Positions 12,525 through 25,511 of a DNA stretch of 64,000 nt are shown here, piece by piece. The notes under the pieces are model-generated. The model was not told the DNA's origin. It saw nothing but the letters and a program-made list of their open reading frames with translations, and made no database searches. Numbering within the stretch: position 1 is the stretch's first letter; each line of letters opens with the position of its first letter. A program made the translations under genes and the position numbers. Source of the stretch: Strigamia acuminata (Eukaryota); the NCBI GenBank assembly GCA_949358305.1, contig OX442314.1:26164001-26228000 (forward strand), in the 5' to 3' direction.

Positions 12525-15500
12525 GAAATTTCGTGCAGGACACGAACAATCCAAATATAGTCCTTAACAGTCTCTGTAAGGGCTACGTACTCCGCCTCCA
12601 TCGTTGATAGCGTCACGTTCCGTTGCTTGAAGGTTCTCCAGTAAATGGGTGTGCTGCCCAAAGTAACTAGCGTTCCTCCAATGGAGATACGGTCGTCTCT
12701 GTTGTTCGCATAATCGGAATCGCTGTAACCGATTACTTCGATCCGATCATTCGGAAACAACATCAATCCGTGATTTTTGGTTGTTCTCAAGTAACTGAGC
12801 AAGTCCAGTAATGCCACCCAGTGGCTCCATCCAGGATTGGATTGGAATTGACTTAAGATGTTAACCGCATAAGTCATATCCGGTCTTGTTCTCGATGCGA
12901 TGAACGCCAAGCATCCAAGTAAACTTCGATACGGAATTCCTTCCATGACTTTGAATTCATTAATAGTGTCTGGACAACCTTGTTTCGTGAGTACAGTTGC
13001 TTTAGTCATCGGTTGAGATCGAATTTTCACATGTTCCATGTAGTTGTTAAACTTCAACAATACTTTATTTACGTATGACCTTTGATGCAGTACTAATTGT
13101 TGATTATACGAATGGAATTCGACCCCTAGCAACTTCTTTGTTTGTCCGAGTATCACTAAGTCGAATTGCGTTCCGATCATATTGAGTATTTTCATGGCAT
13201 CTTCGTATCGTTTGCCAAAGACTACGATATCGTCAACGTAGACGATTAAATACGCAATATCACCGTATTTATAAACGCAATTGCACCAATTCACGTGTTC
13301 TAGTCCTAATTTCAATAAAGTCTCCTCCAGTTCTATTCCCCATTCTCTTCCAGATTGGTGTAAGCCATAGATGGCTCGGAGGAGTCTGCAGACATAGTTC
13401 TCTTTGCCTTCAACGATGAAACCCTTTGGTTGGTGCATGTAGACCGTTTTATGCAATTTTGCATAAAGGTATGCACACTTGACGTCAGCTTGAATGTACG
13501 ACCATTTGAGCATACAGACGAGTAGCGTAAACATGAAACGCACGATTGAGAAGTCTACTACGGGTGAGAATGTCTCCTCATAGGATTCGCCGTAGACTTG
13601 GGAAAAACCCTGCGCGACAAGTCTCGCCTTATAACGTGCAATTTCTCCCTCTTCGTTCTGTTTGGTCGTGTAAATCCATCTGCAACCCACTATCTTAGTG
13701 TTGGGCGGCGGTGGAACAAGTTCCCAAACCTCGCGCTCATGCATGGTGTCGATCTCGTCGTTCATCGCTTGGCGCCATTCATCCTTTTCGGGTAAAGTCG
13801 CAATTTCCTCGTAACGTACGGGTACGTGGACTTCTAAGTGATTAGCTTCGAAGTTGATGTTCATATCATCAAAGTCCAGGTCAAGATTATCCGCCGTCGT
13901 ATTCGATTCAGAGGGCTTCTTCTTTCTTTTGTCCTCAAACAAATGCTCAGGGACACGAAGGTTGTGGTCGGCACAGTAACGCTTTACGTCAGGTATTGAG
14001 CGTAGTTTGGGTTTGTCATAACCCTGGATTGTGTACTCAACATCCTTCTGTCCAGTTGGCCTGACTTTCTCCGTCTTCTTCCAAACTAATGCAGGAATAG
14101 TTGGAATTGGGTTCAAAATCGCTTGTCCGGGTTGTGGCAACTTCACTTCTGGTAAATTGTGTCGCAACTTCTCATCTGGCAGTCTAAATTTCAATTTAAC
14201 TGGAGGCAATTCCAGTTGTCGATCCTCCTTCTTCTTAACTGGTGCTGGCGGGGGTAGCGGTGGCCTCACATCCTCGTCCGAATAATATTGGCGATCATTG
14301 TCATTGTCCATATTATCGTCCAAACTATCGATGTAAGTCGTGTACTTTTCTGGTAAGCCCAGCACGCCTTCAACACCGCGCCTGCTCTCCACGAACTTCA
14401 CGTCGCTGGTTTCGATTACTTTGGAAAACTCCGGCAGCCATACTCGATATCCTTTCGTGATTCTCGAATATCCGAGCATAATGCCGTGCAGACTTTTGTT
14501 GTCGATTTTGCCATCTCGAATTCGTTTCTGCACAAAGCATAAACTCCCGAACTTTCTCAAATGTCTAAGTGATGGTTTACGCCCGTAGTACAATTCCATC
14601 GGCGTCTTGTCCGAATTCAGCTTTGCAATCCTGTTTCTGAGATAATTGAAAGTCAGGATGGCTTCTCCCCAGAATCGATGTTCCAAGCCGGCATCGTACA
14701 CAAGCGCTCGCATTCCATTTGCTAATGTCTGGTTAAGTCTCTCGGAAACGCCATTCTGGACTGGAGTGTACGCGTTAGTCCTCTCGTGAGCGATTCCTAG
14801 TCCTTGGAGGTACTCTCCAAACTTGTTTGAGCAGAACTCCATGCCGTTGTCCGTACGAATTGCTAGAACCGATTTTCCAAGCAATCGCTCTATCCGTTTC
14901 ACGTGTTTTTGGAAAATGTCAAATACTTCGTCCTTCTTCTGCATTAAGTAGACTGTCGAATAACGAGAGAAGTCGTCTGTGATAGTTAAAAAGTATTTGT
15001 TCCCCGAGAGTGTTGGTGTGCTAAATGCTCCACACACATCCATGTGTAGCAATTGGAGTGGCTCTGTCGATCTAATTCCTGGCAACGATTTATGTGGAAT
15101 CGCTTTCTTCTTGGCTAATGTGCAAACGTCGCATTGTGTAATTGGCACGTCCAAAATTGGCAACCCAATTACTGCCCCTCCTTTGCTCATTGCTTGGACG
15201 CTTGGAAAATAGATGTGTCCGAGCCGCTCATGCCAAAGTCTGGCTTCCTCAGGATTAGATGTGCTCTTCGTTGTGTTCTTTGTTAAATTGGTTGGTTCTC
15301 CTTTCTTCTGTTCGCCGACATTCGCCTTGCTATTCGCTTTTTGCCTCAACTTCTCGAAGTCTGGCTTCTGGTCGCTTAGTTTAATATAATATAACCGATC
15401 CTTCTTCACGGCTTCCATCAGCTGTCTCCTCCACTGAGGATCGTATATCTTGACCAAACCCGAGCCAACGGCGACTTTGCATCGTGCTTCGTCGATGCAC

Positions 15501-16705
15501 GGTCCCGACAATAAATTTCGTCGCATGTCCGGCGCATAATAAACCTTTTTCAATGTGATCGGAATCGTTTCAGTTCCAACCAAACTCATCACACAGACGT
15601 CCCCGACGCCTTGAATCTGAATTAAAGTCTTTTTATCCGCTTGACTTATTGTTCCTGTGGTTTCCTTGAAGTTGAAGAATTGATTCCTGTCTTTGCAGAA
15701 ATGTCCAGTGGCCCCGGTGTCGTAGATCCAACAGTTGTTGGCTGCGCTGCACTGTAACATCTCTTCTTCGCTCAACTCGGTGAGAAAACCGACATCGAAC
15801 ATGTTTGTGTCCAATTCTTCCGCTGTATTTGTGTTCTGGCTGTTATTCGACGGTAATTGTGCTGTGCAATCCCTTGCCCAGTGCCCTGGTTGATTGCACC
15901 GGAAACACGGCCCCCGTGGTGATGATCCGGTCGCATTTCCTCGGAAATTCCGCGAATTTTTGCCGCCTCGATAATTCGATTTGCCGCCCCTTTGTCCGCC
16001 TCGGCTGTTTTGGCTGTTATTTCCTTGTTGTTGGGATTTGGACGAATTATCATTATCCTTTGTGTTTGTTCCCATGTTGAAAGCGTCCGTAATTGGCGCT
16101 TGGCCCGAATCTCTGCGTTGTTGCGCGAGTCTGCCCTCCTCGGCGACCAATTCCGCTTCAACCTTTTCCAGTGTGAAATCCTTATCGTCCCATCGGTAAA
16201 TACTCTGCACAATTGACTGGTATTCTTGTGGCAGGTATCGGATGAGCTGGAATGCCTGATATAAATTGTCCAAATCGTGTTTGACGTCGGCTAATCGCTT
16301 CGCCGCATTGCGTATCTTCGCCGCGAATACGCCGATCGTTTCCGTCGCTGGGTCGTACTTCAGATTGAAGAATTCGTCCAACAGACGTATTATTCTCGCC
16401 CTCGAGACCGGTTCGAAGTTTGTCTTTAGCGTGTCCCACGCTGTTTTCGCGTCCTCGGTCCCGCTGAGCAATTCGTGATATTGCTCCTCTATGGCGTAAT
16501 AAATAAGGCTAAATGCTCGTCCCTTGCGTAGTTGGTAATCAGAACGATCTCGCCAAGATGCTCCCGGTGCCAGCGCTTCTTGTGTGCCGTCCGTGAATGC
16601 CCAGCATCCGTGATGCATCAACAGCACTTTAATTTGCTGCTTCCACGTGTCGTAGTTCGTTCTATTCAAAAGTGTTATTTTTCGCTCGAGTTTTTCTGTC
16701 TCCAT
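12525..16705 (-). CDS. Outer Copia Gag-Pol (Gag, CCHC knuckle, protease, integrase, MBD-like, RT, start of RNase H), interrupted at 12525
   Basis: CFRCNQPGHWARDC, WIYDTGA, LWHERLGH, IRTDNGMEF, NGVSER, YKARLVAQGF, VYVDD, YSDSDYA, STMEAEY; PR-IN-RT-RH order. Confidence 0.95.
13935..14095 (-). other. Divergent MBD-like domain in outer Copia polyprotein
   Basis: WKKTEKVRPTGQKDVEYTIQGYDKPKLRSIPDVKRYC at the same position between integrase and RT. Confidence 0.7.
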
Positions 16706-19700
16706 CGCGAATTGAGTGTCCTGGACTTGTGAAACACCGTATACACACACAGATTTCCTCAAAAACACTTTCAAAACTGTTACTTGTGAAAAATAGTGCA
16801 ATTTTCACAAGGTTAATGCGCTCTTAGTCTAAGTTAGTGTATCCTATTAACAACACTAAGCTAATAATAATATTCGACAATAATAACGAAATAATAGTTC
16901 ATATATGTTGTTTTCCTGCTGTAGACTATCCCACTTGTTGTGTCTCGACAGCTTTGGATCACACTTCACGTGTGGTTGAGAAAAATCGTCGTATTGTTGA
17001 TTTTTCCTCGTTCTTCCGTCTTTCGTCTCGAAAAATTCAGTTCCTTCGAGAATTTCCTCGTTTTTGGCAATTCCCGTTCGTTTATAGCTCGTTCACACTT
17101 CCCGTGTGGTTGTCGAGCGTCGTCGTCCTTGCGTATTTGTCGTCGAGTTGTTTTCTCGGCGAAAATTAACGCCACGTCGACGTTACGTATCGCGCCTCGC
17201 GATATTCGGAGAAATCGTCCGAAAAAGGCCAAAATAAACGTATTAAATAAATGTTCTATAATGTTCGAACCCGTTTAGTGTTCCTGCGTCGCTTGGTGAT
17301 GCAGAATAACCCCGAAAATCGTGGATCCTTGGTCCAAACACAAGTTGTCAACTCTCACCATGGGCGCCGCCATGTTGGATTTGAGGGAAACGCCTTCTTT
17401 TTCACCTCAAAAACGACTTGCACTGCTTTTAAACGATCTCCGCGTTTTTCCCACGTTGTTTGTGGCCCATAACCTTGTTATAATGTTGCTGTGAATCCAT
17501 ATAAACAGCTAGTATATGCAGTGGTGTGGAAAAACATAGCAGGTGATAAAAGCACACATCATCACAGGTGAGAATCAAACATCAAGTGATTTTATTCAAT
17601 GGTCATGTGACCTAATATGACAGGAGCCACCTGTTGGCAGCATACAGACACTGTATGTAAACAAAGAGTGCAAACGCTTGCGTTTGCTTAATATACACAC
17701 ATACACCGTGCGATTAAATAATACGATACATAGATATAGTTACATGTGCATAAATGGTCATTAGTGTACACAATATCTTAACAGAACCCACGACCAAATC
17801 CTCTATAACCAGGTCTGACACTTTCTCCACGTTGTACATCTTTTTAGGTTCAGTTATTGAATTAACTTGAAGCTTAACATCAGTCCATTTTAGAGTCACA
17901 GTGCCAGTCAGTTTTTCTTCGTCGTCGCATTCCGTGCTAGCGCTACATACATCAGAGTTTGCTACATCATCAGCGACAAGTTTTCCGTATTTCTCCGTCA
18001 AGGTAGTCTTTGTTTTATCTTCGGGATCCTTAGGACTGCATTCTGTGGTAATTGCTATGAAATAGTCATCAACGATTTTCTTAGAACTGACGGTACATGA
18101 AATTGACAGAAAATTATTTAGTTTGACTGGATTATAGCATTGTGAACAATTATATTCTTGTAGTTATTTTACTTGCAAAACAATTGACATTTACAAGTTG
18201 CGGTAAGTGTTGCGAACGTGAGATGACATGTAAATTTTTCTTTACCGTCACCAACCGAAGTCGAACAAGCTTCAGAACCTTCAGTCAGTTTCACAGATGA
18301 CAATCCGGAAATAGAACATTCGCTACAACCCGTTACCAGTTCTTTCATGCGGTACGGCTCATAGATGTTTAGGCGGCTGAATGGATTTAATAATTTATGA
18401 GTTTATTATTACTGCATTTATAGAAAATAAGATATTTTACTGTTTCAAAATGCCAGCAGCTGATTCGATTGCACTTTCTGCATAAATTGTACACTCGTCA
18501 CATTCTAAAGTAATATTTAATAATGTATTGCATGTTTATAATTGCAGCATTTGCAATAATAATACGCCTTGGCTATTCTTCCGTACAAATACAAACGGAA
18601 CATCCAGGCATTCACTCAGGGAAGACCAGAATTTGCCGCTGTGAATGTATATATTTTCACGTATCGTACGTACGTGAACATTGTTTTGAATTTTGCTCCG
18701 TACGTGAGAATAACCAATGACTATTCTCACGTATTGAACAAAATTTCGTCGCATGTACGGAACAAACTTTAAACAAAATAAACCAAACGGATGAATAAAA
18801 ATAAGCTAAAATATAATATGATGTAATATAACTGTATTATAAAACAAAACAAAACACAATGTACAGTACGTAAAATCAACCAAACAGAAAAAGAACCAAC
18901 CCAAAGTCAGTCCAGCACCACTAAATCGGAATACCACAAACGACTTTGCAAACAAAATCTTTATTTTGTGGTGATCTCGATCTTATTTTTAATAAAATAA
19001 ATTCACCACTTAGAAATATTTTAATATTTGTAATTAGTCTGGCTTGACTTCACCCCAATTTGACTGGGGTAAACTACTAATTAACCGTTTTGGTGCAACA
19101 ATTCCTTTGTTGCATCAAAATGGGCTAATTGCGCATATCTGCTGCGCAGATGTGAAGTGTGCCAGGCTCAAACTTAGAGTTTTGGCACACTCTTGCATTC
19201 ACAAACTACACAACAACACCCTTGTCATTGCTCCGCCGAAAATAGCGAGTACTGACCGTGTTAACGTTAGTTTATTATGAATTGAGATCTTTGCTATCTT
19301 TGCACATGTTTTGCAAAGCCAGCACTTCATTGCGCCGTGTGTATCAATAACCATCGTTGATACACGCACTTATTCAAGTGATTGTAAACCTTGTTTGGGG
19401 CAACAAGGCTCTTATTCGCCGTCGCCGTCGCCGTCGCCATCGTCGAGGACCACCGTGGGCCACCCGGAGTCGTCGAAAATTTTGCTCTAACCTGATTGGT
19501 TTAGAAGTTAGCAAGTGAATGACCTTGAAAATGGCCTTCAAAGTCAAATTTGATGACATCATTGGATTGCGCTCACCCAACTTCCTATACGATCGCTTCA
19601 TCAAAGTTGGCCTAGATGCAATTGCTCACGAAATATTTAGGGAGGTTAAGACTTTTGGGACACCCTGTATATTAATATCGATTAAATTATTGTGGTCATT

Positions 19701-21132
19701 TTATCTACTTACCTGCGTATTTATTCATTTCCTTGTCCTTAATCAGAAATGGAGTAGGCCTAAATGCAAAGTGTTTGTTTGCAAAAGACTCTATGTTATT
19801 CCGATTTGGGGGCGCTGGACTGAGTTTGGGTTGGTTATCTTTTTCTGTTTGATTTGATTTTGTATGGAACTGTACGTTTTGTTTTGTTCTTTTTCATAAT
19901 CGTTGTGTTTAGATCGCAACGTGCACTTTACCAATTTAAAATAGCTATTATTGAAACACATTACATGTTTTATAGAGTAACTGTAGCAACGAAAATAAAC
20001 GGTATACACCATGAAAATCAGCTGAGTTGAGACGAGTTACACTCAGGATAAGTTAGTGAGGGTTTGCAAAATGCATCAACAATAAAATTATTTTACATCA
20101 TATTAATATTTCATCTTATGTGATTTGGTTTATTTTTTAAAAAAAATTTGTGCCTTACGTATGAGAGAAATTTTCTTCCATACGTATGTGAAAATAATAC
20201 CCCCACCCCGCCCCAGTACATAAGTGTACATAAGTGAGAATAAACATCCTCGGCCATAATATACAAGAAATTAGATAAACAATTTTGATTAAAACATTTT
20301 CTTTGTAGCAAGAATAATACCAAAACCAGTATATAAACTACTGTATCTATATCTAACTTGCCAGGTTCGGCGTGGACAATGCAAGTAGTCATTTGGTAGC
20401 ATAAGCATAAGAACATCAACGTTTTCCCCCACATGTTTCAATCTGTAAGCAATTAAAAATCGTAAAATTACAGGAAACACAACCGATTTGGGTACCGAAT
20501 TTTGCAAACCATAAGACGCACCTCCCATAATTATCAGTCAAATCTTAGAAAAAATATTGTTTGGACAATAAGGGGCCATCCATTTACAACATCACGACCT
20601 TAGGGGGGAGGGAGGGGTAAGCCAATCTCGTGACAATCTCGTGGAAGCTGAACCTGTGGAGTTATCCGAAATGAATAAGAAAGCAGTGTATGACGATAAA
20701 TTTTTTCGTTGCATGTCCTTTATTGGGAAGAACTTTTCGGCCAAATGTGTTATTTGCGAAAAGTCGATTTCGGTAGCAGCTGGAACCACTGCTAATTTAA
20801 AACGGCATATTACCACTAAGCATGAGGCTCGATTGGAGGAATTTATCCAACACACGAAATCAATTACACCTGCGAGAAAACGAAAAGCAGTTGCGCAGCT
20901 TACTATCAGACGAAAATTTCGAGAATTTGATTCTTTCAATGATAAATTTATTAATTTAAGTGTTTGTATATTTTTTGACAGTAAATAAATGTGTTATTAC
21001 AGTATAAAATGGTGTAAAAAAAAATTTGAATTCGTAAAAAAATATTTGTAAAATGAACTGAACTAGAACTGAACTAGAACTGAACTAGAACTTAGTTCAC
21101 TTGGAGTTTTGGGGGTGAACGGGAACTAGAAC

Positions 21133-24100
21133 TGGAGTATATTGATTGTAACGCCATCTAGTGTTCTTGTATTGAGATTATGTATCTGTGTTCGAGATTA
21201 AAACTTGTCAACTTTGCAACCATCATGGAGTTCACTGCCTCGTGATTTCGGTATATTACAATTGGCGACGAGGTCAAAATTTTGTGTGTGAAAGGTGCAT
21301 TTTGGACAATTTATTTCAATTTGGATCAACCATGGCTCAATTCATTGGACAGTTATCTGAGTATGATGTCAACTCAGACTGGGACATGTATGTGGAGCAA
21401 TTGGAGCAACTTTTTGAACTGAATGCAATTGAAGACAAGAAAGTGGCTATTTTATTGGGAACAATTGGATCACATGGCTACAAAATGCTGAGGGATTTAT
21501 GTGCACCTGATTTGCCAAAAACCAAGACTTATGATGACTTGGTTACATTAATGCATGACCACCAGAAACCGAAACCAATGGTTGCTGCTGAGAGGTTTAG
21601 ATTCTTTAGAACTACTCAATTGGACACTGAATCAGTAAGTGCATTTGTTATCAAGTTGAAAGCAGCTGCAGAATTTTGCGAATTTGGACAACAATTGAAT
21701 GATTATTTACGCGATCAATTTATTAACGGATTGAGATTTGAAAACGTGCTGCGCCATCTGTTGACGGTGAAGGGACTCACATTTCAAAAAGCAACTGAGA
21801 CTGCGCTCAGCATGGACACGGCATCAAAGGAAGTGCAGAAGTTTCATTCTAAGACTGAAAATAAGGACAATACTGTGCACAAAATTCAGGACAATAAATC
21901 GGGGTTTTATAAAAAAGGTAAAACTGATTTTAAAAAGAAATTTTCAAATTCTCAGGATCACTCATCTGGCCAAAAATCTGATGGAAATAAGCAACGCAGA
22001 TGCTATGCGTGTGGTTCACCAGATCATTTTCGTGATAAATGCAGATTTAAGGATTCTGATTGCCACAACTGTGGTCAGAAAGGACATATTCGCAAATTTT
22101 GCCATGTGCGGTCAACATCTCATCAGCTCAATCAGCCAAGCAGGGACAGAGGTGGAGCATCATCGGGCAAGCAGCCTGCAGCGAATTCCGTGCGTGTTGA
22201 TGATGATATTTTTGTGCCATTCCACCGTGTTTGCCACGTGCGTGACACCATCGTGGATCCTGTATTTGTTGACGTGAACATTGAAGGAGTCAATTTAGCC
22301 ATGGAAGTTGACAGTGGATCTTCACTCACATTAATTGATGAACAATGTTTTAATACTCATTTTTCTAAATTTAAGTTAAATGCTTCTCCAGTTCGCCTGC
22401 GTGCGTTCACTGGTGAATTGTTATCACTTTTGGGGGTATTTGGGGTATCAGTGTTTTTTCAGGGTGCCCATTACTCTGTCCAATTGCATGTTGTTGAGGG
22501 AATGAAGGGGTCGTTACTGGGTAGGGATTGGTTGGACACTTTTGGGTTGTTGAAATCAATTCGGGGTTTAGTTAGTGAGCCCAAACAAGTGAAAGCAGTT
22601 GATGGGGTTTTGCCTTCTCCACCACTTGATTTAGCTAGTGCAAAAGTACAACTTGAGGAAATTTTGGCAAGTCATAAGACTGTTTTTAGTGGGGGTATTG
22701 GTCAGTGTAAGGGGGTACAATTGCACATACCTGTTGACAAAAATTTTCAACCAATTTTTCTGCCAGCACGTAACCCGCCACTAGCCTTACGAGCTAAAAT
22801 GGAGGCTGAGATTGATCGTCTTGTTGAAGCAGGGGTTCTGGAACCGGTTCAGCATGCCCGGTGGGCTACACCGGTCACTCCAGTGGAAAAATCCGATGGA
22901 ACAGTTAAATTGGCGGGACTGTATAATTTAACAGTGAACAAGGCACTGCCTAAAGTGGTTTACCCACTTCCACGTTTTGAGCAAATCACAAGCACACTGG
23001 CGGATGGTGAGTATTTTTCAACTTTTGATTTTTCGGATGCGTATAATCAGTGGGAACTTGATCAGGAGTCACAGGAGGTTATGGTTATCAATACGCATAA
23101 GGGTTTATTTTTGGTGAAAAGATTGTTTTATGGGGTTTCGTGTGCGCCCGCATTGTTTCAACAGTCAATGGAACAGTTGGTCAAACCAGTTGTGAAGACC
23201 CAACCTTTTTTGGATGATGTGTGTGCCACTGGTCGCTCAGTTCCTGAGCATCTCAAGGTAGTTGATCATTTGCTCACAATTTTTGAGGAAAAAAATTTGC
23301 GGTTGAATGCAAGGAAATGCAAATTTTTTCAAGATAAGGTTAAATTTTTGGGTCATGTGTTTTCAAAGGATGGATATGCGCCGATTCCAGCACGCATTGA
23401 TGGTCTGGTTAAGGCAGCTACACCGAAGAATGCAGGTGAATTGCATACGTACATTGGCATGATAAATTATTATGCTCGGTTTTTGCCGAACTTAGCCACT
23501 GTTTTGGAACCACTTTATTATTTGTTGCGACAAGGGGTGGTGTGGCGTTGGGGCAAGCAACAGGAACAAGCTATTGACGGGGTGAGGAAATTATTGGCTA
23601 GTGCCACATTTTTGGTACATTTTGACCCGTCAAAGCAAACGGTTTTGACCGTGGATGCATCTCCTTTTGGAGTAGGCGCGCAGTTATCCCAAGAGGATGA
23701 ATTGGGTCGGAAACAAACAGTTGCCGTTGCGAGTGGTCTTTTGAATGCGGCTCAGCGCAATTATTCGCAGACAGATCGTGAGGGGTTTGCAATAATCTTT
23801 GGAGTTAAGAAATTCCACCATTATTTGTATGGGCACAATTTTATTTTGGAAACCGACCACAAGCCTTTAGTTTCAATTCTTGGGGATAAGCGCGGATGCA
23901 ATGAAATTGTGGCGGCTAGATTGCAACGCTGGTGCGTATTTTTAAATGCGTATAATTTTCAGATTAGGCACATTGCTGGCAAGAGTAATGTGGTAGCGGA
24001 TGGGTTGTCACGGCTAGCGATTAATAATGTTGATTTTGATGACTCCGACATTCCGTTACATGCCGTTTTCCGTGCACAATTAGAATCGATGCCTATTTCT

Positions 24101-25511
24101 GCGGTTGTAGTTAGGAAACGGACTTTGGAGGATTCTATTTTAGCTAGAGTTTTGCTTTTAGTGCGTGAGGGGTGGCCCTCGGGAACTATTGAAGTGGATC
24201 TTGCGCCTTGGCATCGGGTTAGGAAGCAGTTATCAGTAGAGGACGATTGTTTGTTTTACAATGACAGGGTTGTTGTACCTAAGGTGCTACAGAGCAGTAT
24301 TTTGACAGAGTTACATTCTGGACATCCGGGGGTGGTCAAAATGAAATTATTGGCCAGGTCAATTTGCTGGTGGCCCCGCATGGATTCAGATATTGAGCGA
24401 ATGGTCAGGGAGTGTGAATTGTGTCAAATCAATTTACCGGCCCCGGCTCGTGAGCGTAATGTAGCATGGCCAACGCCTGCAGAGGCATGGGGGCGAATTC
24501 ATGTAGACTTCGCTGGGCCCTTCTTTGGTCACATGTTTATTTTGTGTGTGGATGCAAAATCCAAATGGCCGGAAATTGTTATGATGAAGGGTACGACAGC
24601 ACGTGACACGATTGAGGTATTTGAGGAATGGTTTTCTAGGCATGGTCTACCTTTGCATGTACATTCAGACTGTGGACCACAGTTCACAAGCGAGGAGTTT
24701 GTTCAATTTTTGGCAATGAATGGGGTGCGTCAGTCCCGTTCGCCACCTTACCATCCAGCGACGAATGGGGCTGTGGAAGGGTTTGTTGGTACTTTCAAGA
24801 CAGGAATGAAGAAGTTTATGGCTGAGCATGGAAACATTAAGCGTGCGTTGCGCCAGTTTTTGTCTAGTTATCGTACCACTCCTCATTGTACTACTTTGGT
24901 GACTCCAGATGCGTTATTCAGGGAGAAGGAGATGCGTACGAGGTTACATTTATTGCGACCTAGGCGAGAGGACGAGTTGTCCACTCCAGTGGTGCGTAGG
25001 AAGTTTTCGATTGATGATTTGATTTATGCCAGAGACTACAGAAGTAGTAGTCGATGGATTGCGGGAAAAATATTTAAGTTGTTATCACCTGTAACTTATT
25101 TAGTTCAATTGCATAATGGGGTATTTTGGAAGCGTCATGCTGATCAATTGCGTGGCCGAGTTGTACAATCTTTGAATGGTTCTAGTTCTTTTCAAGTTGA
25201 GGAGGACTGGGAACCTGGGAATGGAAATTGTGTTGTTGGTTCTGGTAATGAGAGTTCTGGGGTTGAACAGGATGCTGGAAATGATCCTGTAGTTGCACCT
25301 AGGCGATCAACTCGTGTTCGTCGTCCCCCAGCTCATCTCAGAGATTTTATTAGGGATTAAGTGTTTGTCTGAGGGGGAAGAGTTGGAGTATATTGATTGT
25401 AACGCCATCTAGTGTTCTTGTATTGAGATTATGTATCTGTGTTCGAGATTAAAACTTGTCAACTTTGCAACCATCATGGAGTTCACTGCCTCGTGATTTC
25501 GGTATATTACA
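21133..25511 (+). mobile_element. Intact Gypsy LTR retrotransposon, Mag-like clade
   Basis: Identical 128-bp LTRs 21133-21260 and 25384-25511, TSD AGAAC, PBS TGGCGACGAGG, PPT GAGGGGGAAGAG. Confidence 0.96.
21332..25360 (+). CDS. Single Gag-Pol polyprotein (two CCHC knuckles, protease, RT, RNase H, integrase)
   Basis: ATG at 21332; CYACGSPDHFRDKC and CHNCGQKGHIRKFC, VDSGS, FLDD, VDASPFGVGA, ETDHKPL, HSGHPG...C..C, IHVDFAGP, SDCGPQF, NGAVE. Confidence 0.95.
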   Translation: MAQFIGQLSEYDVNSDWDMYVEQLEQLFELNAIEDKKVAILLGTIGSHGYKMLRDLCAPDLPKTKTYDDLVTLMHDHQKPKPMVAAERFRFFRTTQLDTESVSAFVIKLKAAAEFCEFGQQLNDYLRDQFINGLRFENVLRHLLTVKGLTFQKATETALSMDTASKEVQKFHSKTENKDNTVHKIQDNKSGFYKKGKTDFKKKFSNSQDHSSGQKSDGNKQRRCYACGSPDHFRDKCRFKDSDCHNCGQKGHIRKFCHVRSTSHQLNQPSRDRGGASSGKQPAANSVRVDDDIFVPFHRVCHVRDTIVDPVFVDVNIEGVNLAMEVDSGSSLTLIDEQCFNTHFSKFKLNASPVRLRAFTGELLSLLGVFGVSVFFQGAHYSVQLHVVEGMKGSLLGRDWLDTFGLLKSIRGLVSEPKQVKAVDGVLPSPPLDLASAKVQLEEILASHKTVFSGGIGQCKGVQLHIPVDKNFQPIFLPARNPPLALRAKMEAEIDRLVEAGVLEPVQHARWATPVTPVEKSDGTVKLAGLYNLTVNKALPKVVYPLPRFEQITSTLADGEYFSTFDFSDAYNQWELDQESQEVMVINTHKGLFLVKRLFYGVSCAPALFQQSMEQLVKPVVKTQPFLDDVCATGRSVPEHLKVVDHLLTIFEEKNLRLNARKCKFFQDKVKFLGHVFSKDGYAPIPARIDGLVKAATPKNAGELHTYIGMINYYARFLPNLATVLEPLYYLLRQGVVWRWGKQQEQAIDGVRKLLASATFLVHFDPSKQTVLTVDASPFGVGAQLSQEDELGRKQTVAVASGLLNAAQRNYSQTDREGFAIIFGVKKFHHYLYGHNFILETDHKPLVSILGDKRGCNEIVAARLQRWCVFLNAYNFQIRHIAGKSNVVADGLSRLAINNVDFDDSDIPLHAVFRAQLESMPISAVVVRKRTLEDSILARVLLLVREGWPSGTIEVDLAPWHRVRKQLSVEDDCLFYNDRVVVPKVLQSSILTELHSGHPGVVKMKLLARSICWWPRMDSDIERMVRECELCQINLPAPARERNVAWPTPAEAWGRIHVDFAGPFFGHMFILCVDAKSKWPEIVMMKGTTARDTIEVFEEWFSRHGLPLHVHSDCGPQFTSEEFVQFLAMNGVRQSRSPPYHPATNGAVEGFVGTFKTGMKKFMAEHGNIKRALRQFLSSYRTTPHCTTLVTPDALFREKEMRTRLHLLRPRREDELSTPVVRRKFSIDDLIYARDYRSSSRWIAGKIFKLLSPVTYLVQLHNGVFWKRHADQLRGRVVQSLNGSSSFQVEEDWEPGNGNCVVGSGNESSGVEQDAGNDPVVAPRRSTRVRRPPAHLRDFIRD

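Larger units (their letters stand above)
4671..17783 (-). mobile_element. Outer Ty1/Copia LTR retrotransposon (CopiaMBD-like)
   Basis: 308-bp LTRs 4671-4978 and 17476-17783 (TGTTA...TAACA, no difference seen), TSD GAACC (4666-4670/17784-17788), PBS GGTTATGGGCC (copia-type internal half tRNA-iMet), G-rich PPT at ~4981-4992. Confidence 0.96.
4409..20434 (-). pseudogene. Host 5-exon gene for a secreted Cys-rich protein (261 aa reconstructed; weak TULIP/JHBP/group-7-allergen-like resemblance) interrupted in exon 4 by the Copia nest. Exons 20434-20362, 18504-18441, 18376-18173, 18086-17784 + 4665-4538, 4422-4409
   Basis: Signal-peptide-like MWGKTLMFLCLCYQMTTCIVHA; GC donor (G|GCAAGT) then three GT-AG introns with matching phases 1,2,2,1; removing the Copia and one GAACC copy restores ...DLVVGS|STCSTAD...; total 786 nt ending in TGA. 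Confidence 0.7.

Noticed and set aside
4671..17783. One LTR element with two complete gag-pol genes
   Set aside because: Inner 609-bp LTRs with their own GAAAT TSD, PBS and PPT show simple nesting.
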